From the IMG/VR virus record IMGVR_UViG_3300009157_000001, positions 62,635 to 126,634 of that record: a stretch of 64,000 bases of DNA. The stretch is one strand, 5' to 3'. A program made the translations under genes and the position numbers. Below the pieces are notes generated by a model. It had not been told where the DNA came from, did not search any database, and saw only the letters and a list, made by a program, of their open reading frames with translations. This document shows positions 17,901 through 25,811 of the stretch, in pieces. The DNA comes from a virus. Position 1 is the stretch's first letter. Every line of letters starts with the position of its first letter.

Positions 17901-18149
17901 TTAGAATATTTTGTAGGTTTCCAAACAATTATACTTAGATTCTAGCTCAAAGTAAGATGCTTCCCAGCTGCCATTAGCTCTTCCTGTATTTATAATAGGA
18001 ATCCCTGTAAGATCTTCTACTATTACATCACTAGCTGATATTTGGTCGAATCTCACAATATAAGTAACTCCTATAAACATTCCTTTTGAAGGATTAACAT
18101 GACCCTGATGAACCCTAACAATACGATCTCCTTTCTTGAATATTGACAT
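17901..18149 (-). CDS. YxIF-tail family protein
   Basis: Starts MSIFKKGDRIVR, ends LETYKIF. Confidence 0.8.
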   Translation of the reverse strand: MSIFKKGDRIVRVHQGHVNPSKGMFIGVTYIVRFDQISASDVIVEDLTGIPIINTGRANGSWEASYFELESKYNCLETYKIF

Positions 18150-18256
18150 AGTTCTTTGTTTTTAGTAAATAAAAGATAAAGTTCCGGGAGTGGTTTAAAC
18201 TCTTCAACCAGACTCACACTGGTCCCGGATCTTCTGCATAGGCATCTGTAATTTCT

Positions 18257-18553
18257 TTATATTGTGTACCTTTCTAATGACTCTACTGGATCAATAAATC
18301 TCCCAGCTCTTTCACATATTTCCAGTCTTTCAATTTCTCCCGGGGTAGCAAGTCTTATGGTAGTTACCTGATTTGGAGAACTTGATCCTTTTGTAGTAAA
18401 ATCAGTAAACCGACCTGAAAGAGTTATACGTAAAAAAGTATCTTTATCTGGTGGGATGAATCTACTTATATATCCTTTCTTACCATTACCAAGATCAACA
18501 TAAGGTATCTGATAATACACTTTTCCTGGTATTAGCTTATTATATGGGATCAT
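18257..18553 (-). CDS. YxIF-tail family protein (tag lacks the final F)
   Basis: Ends LERYTI. Confidence 0.75.
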   Translation of the reverse strand: MIPYNKLIPGKVYYQIPYVDLGNGKKGYISRFIPPDKDTFLRITLSGRFTDFTTKGSSSPNQVTTIRLATPGEIERLEICERAGRFIDPVESLERYTI

Positions 18554-18816
18554 ATCTCATCTTGTTTTGGACAGAAACATCCTTCCTCACATCCTATCTC
18601 CCGGCATCTCCAAATACCTCCATCCTGTCTCTTTGCTACAAGAAGGATAGCTCCATGTATCTTACAAGCAGGATACTCTCCCGGGGCCAAAGGGAAGTAC
18701 TGATTGAATACTTTCCCTTCAGTTACTGATCTTACCCCTATAAATCCAGGTTGGTACTTGTACCCAGGGGTTTGTTCTATATCCATAAGTACCCGAGACT
18801 TAATTGATTCTTCCAT
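18550..18816 (-). CDS. Hypothetical protein with Cys/His-rich C-terminus
   Basis: CKIHG...CREIGCEEGC. Confidence 0.7.
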   Translation of the reverse strand: MEESIKSRVLMDIEQTPGYKYQPGFIGVRSVTEGKVFNQYFPLAPGEYPACKIHGAILLVAKRQDGGIWRCREIGCEEGCFCPKQDEI

Positions 18817-18845
18817 ACTACCAGTTTTTTAAATAAGTAAATATA

Positions 18846-19137
18846 CTCTTCCCAAATGCAGTTGCGGATCAGAAGTAAATCTTCACCGGCAGAGGCATTT
18901 GGTAATGAACCCTTTATCCTTCTGACCAGGATTTCCGGTTAGCCCTGGACCCTTGGTACGCCCAACAGTCTATGTTGAACCCCTTACCTAAGACAAGATG
19001 GGAAGAGCAATTTCCTTATGATAGTCTGACTTCCACAGACAGCAGGCCTTAGTATCCTGGTATCATAAATAAGTTTTGGCAGCCAGGTCAGGACTGGTGC
19101 TTCCTGGATGACCTCTCAACAATGAGGATACTGCCAA
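18846..19137 (-). ncRNA. Array of three closed structured RNA domains
   Basis: Terminal inverted repeats at 18846-19007, 19016-19068 and 19076-19137; no ORF. Confidence 0.6.
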
Positions 19138-19143
19138 TATTTT

Positions 19144-19569
19144 TTAACTATTAAGCCATCTTGTGTAACTGATGGATAAGAACCTCTCTGTTATTAATCT
19201 GGCAGTACTCTCCTCTTTAAAGTAGCAGCCACCCGGACGGCAAGAACCGTCACGATCGCAATACACAGCATACAGTACCCAGCCAGAGGCAGTTTTTCTA
19301 AACCAAGGATAATACTTGGGAGTATTATCAGTAAAATCTGCCTTCCAGATCCTGTAACCATTATCCAGATAGTTGGCAGCTTTTATAATAGCTCTGATCT
19401 CCTCATCAGGTGAAGGTGAAACTTTTGGTTTCTCTTTCAGGATCTTAACTGCACTTTTATAAGAGATGAGACTATCCATTCCTTTATCATCCTTCTCAAT
19501 TATCTTTCTGAGTGCTAGAGCTTCTGCATCCAGAGCATCCATACGTTTTAGTGTTTCTTTTCTGTTCAT
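19144..19569 (-). CDS. Phage protein resembling Bacteroidota DGR target proteins
   Basis: IIKAAN..WKADF..KYYPWF..[variable]..CYFKEESTA..F; NNY-rich codon block at 19219-19290. Confidence 0.65.
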   Translation of the reverse strand: MNRKETLKRMDALDAEALALRKIIEKDDKGMDSLISYKSAVKILKEKPKVSPSPDEEIRAIIKAANYLDNGYRIWKADFTDNTPKYYPWFRKTASGWVLYAVYCDRDGSCRPGGCYFKEESTARLITERFLSISYTRWLNS

Positions 19570-19582
19570 GTCTTATGGGTTT

Positions 19583-20155
19583 TTAAATGAGATTTAGTTT
19601 ATCTATAGCACTCTTCATATCATTATCTGTGAGTCCTGTCTCACTACTGGTTTTTATAAACCAAGGAGCCTGCTCTAAGAGCATATCTGCATCATCATCC
19701 AAAATAATATAAACAAAGTCCTTTCCTAGTTTATTTGAGAACATCTTCTTGAATGATTGATCTTCTTTAAATTCCTTATAAAGATGATCTAATTCCGGAT
19801 TAGCATGCCAAGGGTAGACCAAATGTCTATCTATCCAGTGTTTTATCTCAACTCCCCGGGGAATAGGTAAAGAGCTTCCTTTCTTAGTCTCTGTATACCC
19901 ATGGACTGTGATTCCTATAATCTCATCCCAAAGATCCTGAGGGAAACCGTGTTTGTCAAACTGCTCTTTCATAAGAGTGGAGTCACTGCACCGCCAGGAG
20001 GATGATACCACAATCTTGGCACCGGTCTGCTGGATTATATATTTTAACCTTTCCATACACAAGACATCAAACATATTGTAGGGAGGAATATTGACTACTC
20101 CATCTATGTCCAAGAATATGATCTTTGCAGGGAGTCCTCCGGTTATTGTTTTCAT
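19583..20155 (-). CDS. HAD-superfamily protein (Swiss-Army-Knife RNA-repair-like HAD domain)
   Basis: IIFLDIDGV, IVVSSSWR, RGVEIKHW and YIILDDD motifs. Confidence 0.85.
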   Translation of the reverse strand: MKTITGGLPAKIIFLDIDGVVNIPPYNMFDVLCMERLKYIIQQTGAKIVVSSSWRCSDSTLMKEQFDKHGFPQDLWDEIIGITVHGYTETKKGSSLPIPRGVEIKHWIDRHLVYPWHANPELDHLYKEFKEDQSFKKMFSNKLGKDFVYIILDDDADMLLEQAPWFIKTSSETGLTDNDMKSAIDKLNLI

Positions 20156-20173
20156 GACCTTGGTATTTGTAAT

Positions 20174-20395
20174 TTAATGATTTACAGGAATTATACCTCT
20201 GGGAAAGTAATGAAGGGAAGCTTCTACTCTTTCTTCTGAGTAATCAGTACCAAACTGCCCTCCAAAATACTCAAATGCGAGTTTTCTTCCTTCCTCATAG
20301 TCCTTACACTGAATAGAAGCAATACAGTCTTTATCAAAGGTTTTGCCATTTACAGAATGAGTATGGATTTGTCCAAAGCTTATGTATAGTTTCAT
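20174..20395 (-). CDS. Hypothetical phage protein
   Basis: 73-aa ORF. Confidence 0.7.
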   Translation of the reverse strand: MKLYISFGQIHTHSVNGKTFDKDCIASIQCKDYEEGRKLAFEYFGGQFGTDYSEERVEASLHYFPRGIIPVNH

Positions 20396-20625
20396 GGTCT
20401 GATAATTTTAAATTGGGTTATGTGTCTCTTTATGTATACAGTTATCCCTTCATCTGATGTATCCAGGCCTATATAGAAAGAAGTATTCTTGTCCAGTTGA
20501 CCCGAAACAACCTGGTCATTATAACAAAACTGTACATATCTTGGAGGTTCCCAGTCTATTCCAAATACCGGACGATCTTCCAGGACCTCAGCATGTTTCT
20601 TTTTACCCCAGAAATCCTCATCCAT
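20392..20625 (-). CDS. PVFG-motif family paralog (cluster 2)
   Basis: EVLEDRPVFGIDWEPP. Confidence 0.8.
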   Translation of the reverse strand: MDEDFWGKKKHAEVLEDRPVFGIDWEPPRYVQFCYNDQVVSGQLDKNTSFYIGLDTSDEGITVYIKRHITQFKIIRP

Positions 20626-20818
20626 AAGAACCTACCATATCAAGTCTCAGATTGCCTTGTACTATGGTTTCTTCCGGACTCTGTCCTTTAAGAGCACTGG
20701 GATATAAATACACGGATTCTACTCCAAGTAATTGGACAGAACAGTACCGGGTTCCAAACTTACAATCTTTGTACATCTTCCCATTTGGGGCTATGTAGTA
20801 CTTAGTTGGTTGGTTCAT
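20618..20818 (-). CDS. Hypothetical protein
   Basis: 66-aa ORF overlapping both neighbours. Confidence 0.6.
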   Translation of the reverse strand: MNQPTKYYIAPNGKMYKDCKFGTRYCSVQLLGVESVYLYPSALKGQSPEETIVQGNLRLDMVGSYG

Positions 20819-21066
20819 GATCTTAGTATTTTAAAGTTGGTTATATGGTCTATATCAAACACCATCAGTCTTTTTTGATCTCTAACAAAACTATGATCTG
20901 TCACAAAAATGTACAAGTACTTTTGTGTCTTGTTGAAACCATTTATCTGTCCTGAAACAAATCTCTGATCGTGATAAAGATAAGTAAAAGCAACTTTCTC
21001 AGCTATCTGAATATCAATTCCAAATACAGGATCTTTGTCCAGAGGTTCCTTTTTCATCTTCTCCAA
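20815..21066 (-). CDS. PVFG-motif family paralog (cluster 2)
   Basis: EPLDKDPVFGIDIQIAE. Confidence 0.8.
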   Translation of the reverse strand: MEKMKKEPLDKDPVFGIDIQIAEKVAFTYLYHDQRFVSGQINGFNKTQKYLYIFVTDHSFVRDQKRLMVFDIDHITNFKILRS

Positions 21067-21260
21067 ACTTCAAAATCAGAAACTATAGTAGCAGAACAAC
21101 TTATAAGAGGACTTGCTGTATGTAGATACATATCTTTTTCATGATAATATTGAAAGGTTGCCTCACAGTATCCATGTCCTTTGATACGAAAGTTTATGAG
21201 TTCTCCTCTTTCAGCATCTATTCCGAATATAGATCTTTCCTCTAGTGGTTCCTTCTCCAT
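21054..21260 (-). CDS. PVFG-motif family paralog (cluster 2)
   Basis: EPLEERSIFGIDAERGE. Confidence 0.8.
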   Translation of the reverse strand: MEKEPLEERSIFGIDAERGELINFRIKGHGYCEATFQYYHEKDMYLHTASPLISCSATIVSDFEVWRR

Positions 21261-21691
21261 CTTTGAGACAGCATCTTCTTAATTCGGGGCTCCAAAGAAT
21301 TCCTGATTGCTTTTGCAATCAAAGTTCGGATGTCTCTATTCTGAGCCCTTGAGTAAAGTCTGTCTACTGCATTAGCTATTTGCCGGGCAGATAAATTCTT
21401 TCTCTTGAGTATCTCTACCGGGTGGGTAATTTTGCCATAGTCTTGGTTCTTTAGTTTAAACCTCAAATATAAAGTATCACCTGACATGTGAGCAACCATC
21501 AGATCAGGGTTCTTGGAATTCTTACTGATCTCAGGAAACTCTTCTGGTAGATCTATTATATAGGTTGAATCGGTTACCTGGTTGTAGATCTTACCATTGG
21601 AATTCCACTCTCTATGCTCATATCCTGTCAAGTAACTTAGTATAATAACAAGCATAACACATGTGGATAAAAAGACATAAGGGATTTTCAT
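21242..21691 (-). CDS. Membrane-anchored hypothetical protein
   Basis: N-terminal hydrophobic helix. Confidence 0.65.
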   Translation of the reverse strand: MKIPYVFLSTCVMLVIILSYLTGYEHREWNSNGKIYNQVTDSTYIIDLPEEFPEISKNSKNPDLMVAHMSGDTLYLRFKLKNQDYGKITHPVEILKRKNLSARQIANAVDRLYSRAQNRDIRTLIAKAIRNSLEPRIKKMLSQRWRRNH

Positions 21692-21716
21692 AGTGAGTTG
21701 GTTTTTAGAGTTAGAC

Positions 21717-22148
21717 TTACAGAAGATTCAAAGCATGTTCTATTGCAATATTGAGTATTGCATATCGGTCACCGGCTCCCAGATCATCTGCAGGCCCAGG
21801 TTTTGGTTTTCCTACTTGCCAGATGAAAGCACGATAACAAGGAGTATTTACACTAGTATTTTCTCCCCATCCATCTATTATAAGTTCAATATAGATCCCT
21901 TTGGTTTCTAACCAGTCAAGAACCTGTTGGTAAAAGGGAGCAGAAATTACAGTTCTATGTGTATCTCTTATCCAGTTTGTACTTGAATTAGTATAAGTCC
22001 TCCATTCACTATCAGTATCCTCATATTCAACACATTCCTGTTTATTATTAAGAAGATGGCCATTTACATACTCTGCTATACAAGGTTTATCAAAACCCTT
22101 TTTCTTAACTAAAAGAGCCAGCCTGTGTGGAATAAATAAATGTTTCAT
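21717..22148 (-). CDS. Hypothetical phage protein (LVKKKGFD..C; SAPFYQQVLDWL)
   Basis: 143-aa ORF; pattern recurrent in Bacteroidota phages. Confidence 0.75.
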   Translation of the reverse strand: MKHLFIPHRLALLVKKKGFDKPCIAEYVNGHLLNNKQECVEYEDTDSEWRTYTNSSTNWIRDTHRTVISAPFYQQVLDWLETKGIYIELIIDGWGENTSVNTPCYRAFIWQVGKPKPGPADDLGAGDRYAILNIAIEHALNLL

Positions 22149-22160
22149 GTTCTTAGTTTT

Positions 22161-22790
22161 TTAGAATAGTAAAGGTAATAATCTGTCAATTCCTAAAGCA
22201 AATCCAATCCCTCCATCATATTGTCCTCCACCACATACTTGTTTGGAGGACCCTAGAGAATCACAGATGATCTCAAAGCCCTTACCTTCCTTGTAATAGT
22301 CCAAGCCTCGGGTTACCTCATAGTTTATCTTGAATAGATCTAACTGGAAGCTTGTATCAAGTAGTCTCATTGCAGCTACATGTATTGCATCATACAAATC
22401 TGTAGGGTTAAGTATCTCAACTCCTAATTGTGTAAATTGTCTATATCTCCCAGCCTGGGGTTTTTCACCTCTAAAACACTCCTGGACATAAAACAACTTC
22501 ACATTCTTCTGGTCCTTAAAGTAAGTACCTGCTAATTTCTGTATTACTGCAGTATATTCAGGTGCTAGGCACAAGCCCCGGTCTCCCCGGTCTTTAAAGT
22601 TGTACATAAGGTTATTGTTCTCTTCTCCTACTTTACCAGAAAAGGTTCCTTGGTGTTGTATAATAGGAACTGAGATCTCAGTAAATCCATCTCCGATTAA
22701 GAGAGCAACCATTCTTTGGATCATCTCTCTCTTTTTATTACCTAGAAGGATCCTGGTGCCTTTGTAGCATGTCTCTTTGATTTCTTTCAT
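22161..22790 (-). CDS. Histidyl-tRNA-synthetase-like catalytic core only (209 aa)
   Basis: KGTR, LAPEYT, motif 2 FRGEKPQAGRYRQFTQLGVE, RGLDYY, GGGQYD, motif 3 GFALGIDRL; no anticodon-binding domain. Confidence 0.85.
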   Translation of the reverse strand: MKEIKETCYKGTRILLGNKKREMIQRMVALLIGDGFTEISVPIIQHQGTFSGKVGEENNNLMYNFKDRGDRGLCLAPEYTAVIQKLAGTYFKDQKNVKLFYVQECFRGEKPQAGRYRQFTQLGVEILNPTDLYDAIHVAAMRLLDTSFQLDLFKINYEVTRGLDYYKEGKGFEIICDSLGSSKQVCGGGQYDGGIGFALGIDRLLPLLF

Positions 22791-22812
22791 ACTTAATAAT
22801 TTAAGTTAAAAA

Positions 22813-23417
22813 CTCTGATTAGGTTATCTACCCAGGCCAAACCTGGAAAACTCATATAAGTGTGAGTACAACTATCCATGTTACCACAGATATTTCTGTT
22901 TATCACCAATAGATTCTTTATCTCAGAGCAAGCTCTTATAATAATCTTCTGTGCTTCTGCTGCAGTAGTTTAGAATGGGAACCCGGTATCTCAACCGGTA
23001 TTTATCATTCCACCACTTCTGGTTGCCTATGGTTAACCCTAAGACTTAAGGCTTTAACGGGTGTTTTAAGTCTTTTTGCATTGCTGCCCTACAGCAGAAG
23101 ACACAGAAGATTTTGTACATTCCCAACAATCAAGGTTGTTTACACCCAGCTCTCCAGCTAGAGAGCACTACTGTGCTAATAAATAGTTGAGTCTTTTAGA
23201 TTGTTGGGTATCTACATAAAAAGCTGCCGGTATTCCTTCAAGCATCAGGGTTCTTTTGAAACCACTGACATCGGGCCTGATCCACTGCCGGCTACATACC
23301 CAGTGGAGGAAATAAAAGATGACTGAGGGCATATGCCTGCTTTTTGCCCAGGTAATGACGCTTTTTCAATAGAAAAGACCATATCGTCTTTTGGTCTTGC
23401 AGTCCCTTTTCAGTCAT
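22813..23417 (-). ncRNA. Array of about five closed structured RNA domains
   Basis: Closing stems at 22813-22928, 22943-23112 (20 bp), 23122-23208 (10 bp), 23226-23307 and 23319-23417 (8 bp). Confidence 0.65.
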
Positions 23418-23422
23418 ATATC

Positions 23423-23695
23423 TTAATGATTTGTTGCCCAGATGTGTGGACAAAGACCATGCCCTGGATATTCTCTCCAGGAAATTCTCTTTATAATCCA
23501 GAACCCTTCTGTCCATTCTTTTCCAGAACTTCCGGTCTTATCTCCCGGTTGAAAGGATTTAGTAATATACTTGGTTATATCACAAGCCCATACCTCATCT
23601 TCCTTACTTGGAATCTGTGGAAAAGGCCAGTCTACCTCAAAGGTAGCAACATCCGAGGAAGAGTCCAGTTTTATAACTTTGAATATTATCTTCAT
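23423..23695 (-). CDS. Hypothetical protein
   Basis: 90-aa ORF. Confidence 0.65.
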   Translation of the reverse strand: MKIIFKVIKLDSSSDVATFEVDWPFPQIPSKEDEVWACDITKYITKSFQPGDKTGSSGKEWTEGFWIIKRISWREYPGHGLCPHIWATNH

Positions 23696-23700
23696 AGTAG

Positions 23701-23952
23701 TTAGGTATTAGTGAAGTTTTCAAGATCTAGTATGTAACTAACTATATACATCCTCTCATCAATATTCAGAGTCCGAGAATCTGTCCCTCCTATTAGTTTA
23801 GCTACTACAAGGGATCTTTCTAACCCACTCTGAACCAGATGATTTATAAATGCAGTGTTACTCTTGTCAAGTTTTTCTTTTATCTCATGATCAAAAGGAA
23901 CCTGGGTAGATGAAATAACCTTTCTCCAATAATTTAAGTCTTTCATGTTCAA
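23701..23952 (-). CDS. Hypothetical protein
   Basis: 83-aa ORF. Confidence 0.65.
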   Translation of the reverse strand: MNMKDLNYWRKVISSTQVPFDHEIKEKLDKSNTAFINHLVQSGLERSLVVAKLIGGTDSRTLNIDERMYIVSYILDLENFTNT

Positions 23953-24377
23953 TAGTTTTGGGGGATTAGATACTCGAGTTTTTCATCTATATAAATCTTA
24001 TAGTCCTGGTTACCATGAAGTTGGCATCCCTGGGATATTGTATAAGTCACTTTCTTACCTAATTTAGTAGAAAGCCGGTTTATCCAGGTTGTAATACTGA
24101 AAGAAAAGTCTTTAATCTTACATTCAGTCCGGACTATCTCAAAAGAACCTCGGGTATCAGTCTCCAGAGAGATTCTATTAGCCGAGGACCTTATACATTT
24201 GTACCAATTCCCACCGTATAATACCTTCTCCTCTTTTAGTCTATGAGCAGAGCACTCACTTTTCTGAGGTACCCGGAGTCTTCCTGTTTCCAGGAAGCAC
24301 TCAGAATACTGTTCACCTAATAAAGCTTTGAAAGTTGTATACATAGTTTCTTGGTTATTTGAGTTCTCCGGAGGCAT
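23949..24377 (-). CDS. Hypothetical protein
   Basis: 142-aa ORF overlapping neighbours. Confidence 0.65.
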   Translation of the reverse strand: MPPENSNNQETMYTTFKALLGEQYSECFLETGRLRVPQKSECSAHRLKEEKVLYGGNWYKCIRSSANRISLETDTRGSFEIVRTECKIKDFSFSITTWINRLSTKLGKKVTYTISQGCQLHGNQDYKIYIDEKLEYLIPQNY

Positions 24378-24675
24378 GGATAACCTTTCCTTCCAGTATC
24401 ATTTTGACAGGTACAAAATAGAAGGATATACAGTCTTTAGACTGGGTAGTGAGAGTTAAGAAGCTCTCATCCGGTATGAGTCCTTCAGGTATTTCCTGTA
24501 TATATTTTTGATCTTCTTCATCATCCTTGCCTTCTGCAGAACCTCCAATTTGATAAGTTTCATCATTAAACTTGTGGAAGAATACCCACCGGTCTTTTGT
24601 ATTGAACAGAAGAGAGAATATCCCATTAGGATGTTCCATTATCCGGTAACCGGTTACTTGCTTAGAGTTTTTCAT
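24355..24675 (-). CDS. Hypothetical protein
   Basis: 106-aa ORF. Confidence 0.65.
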   Translation of the reverse strand: MKNSKQVTGYRIMEHPNGIFSLLFNTKDRWVFFHKFNDETYQIGGSAEGKDDEEDQKYIQEIPEGLIPDESFLTLTTQSKDCISFYFVPVKMILEGKVIHASGELK

Positions 24676-24962
24676 GATTTAGTAAGTTTGTTTAGTTTCT
24701 TTTGAAGACTTTCCTGGAGTTTGCCCTGGAACTCATCTATATATGCTACTGCCTTCTCATAAGCAGTCCATGGATCCTTGTATGGGGTAACCAGGACACT
24801 ACCATGATGGTTATATCTTTTCTGAGATCCCCGGGAACCACTCATATGCCTGAGCAGGATATGTTTACCAGTTTGAGTAACATGAAAGATCTTGTACTGG
24901 GGCTGGGCCCCGGAAGTAACCTGGATCTTATACTCCTTGTAAAGGTGCTCTCTTATAATCAT
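24672..24962 (-). CDS. Hypothetical protein
   Basis: 96-aa ORF. Confidence 0.65.
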   Translation of the reverse strand: MIIREHLYKEYKIQVTSGAQPQYKIFHVTQTGKHILLRHMSGSRGSQKRYNHHGSVLVTPYKDPWTAYEKAVAYIDEFQGKLQESLQKKLNKLTKS

Positions 24963-25347
24963 AAGTAGTAGAGTTTAAGAGGTTAGTTATAAATGACCCA
25001 ATCTAATCATTTGAGCAATGTCCGGATCCACATCCTTAAGCAAGTTCTCCATAGCTGCTCTTATCCCATCATTCCACATTACCTCATCCCCGGTTTGTTC
25101 AGACCCCGGATCTCCCACTATCTGAGACCTAAGAGATCTATACTTAATAAGTAATTGTATTATAGGTATAGAGTATTAAAGAAGTTAGTAATAAGAAGGT
25201 GTGCTATATACTGCGCCCAAAACCCATGATTTGAGTGGTTTTGGGGGTTTTGAGGAGTTAGAGGAAGGGGGAGAGGGAGGGTCTGCCCTCATATTCTCAC
25301 CTTCTTTTCCCCCAAAATGAAGGAATTTCCCGGTAAAACACCCAGAC

Positions 25348-25581
25348 TCACTCTATCTTCTTACTAGTTCTCCTTATATATACCAGTTCTGAGTAGGTGA
25401 AGTATGCTGGATAAGCTACTGTGGTAGTATAATACTTATATATATCCACCACTATATCCTTATTATATAAGTGATTTACTCTTCCTTTATATAATCCGGT
25501 TATTACTTTGATCTCAACCTCTTCTCCCGGGTCTATTCCTATACCAAATACAGGTTTAGTATCTATATCTTCTGATTTCAT
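25348..25581 (-). CDS. PVFG-motif family paralog (cluster 3)
   Basis: EDIDTKPVFGIGIDPGE. Confidence 0.8.
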   Translation of the reverse strand: MKSEDIDTKPVFGIGIDPGEEVEIKVITGLYKGRVNHLYNKDIVVDIYKYYTTTVAYPAYFTYSELVYIRRTSKKIE

Positions 25582-25583
25582 GG

Positions 25584-25811
25584 TTATAATCTCCTGATCT
25601 TAAGTAATTCATAATTAGTAAATAACCAGGCCTCCTTTACTTCCGGTCTATCCTGTAGTTTTACAAGTAAAGATATGTCCTTACCATAACATCTATATAC
25701 ACTTCCCCGGACTATCTTGTCTACTGTGGTTACTTGTACCTGGGTACGAAGTTCATACTCCATCCCGAAGACCGGTCTATCCTCAATGGGATCATTACCA
25801 AATGTTGTCAT
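25584..25811 (-). CDS. PVFG-motif family paralog (cluster 3)
   Basis: DPIEDRPVFGMEYELRT. Confidence 0.8.
   Translation of the reverse strand: MTTFGNDPIEDRPVFGMEYELRTQVQVTTVDKIVRGSVYRCYGKDISLLVKLQDRPEVKEAWLFTNYELLKIRRL

Noticed and set aside
23226-23307. SAM-I riboswitch or hammerhead ribozyme
   Set aside because: Only partial resemblance (GGCCCGATG; CTGATG); the required core elements were not found by eye
23292-23516. ORF 23292-23516 (and similarly 11363-11593)
   Set aside because: Each overlaps a better gene in another frame and runs through the predicted RNA stems
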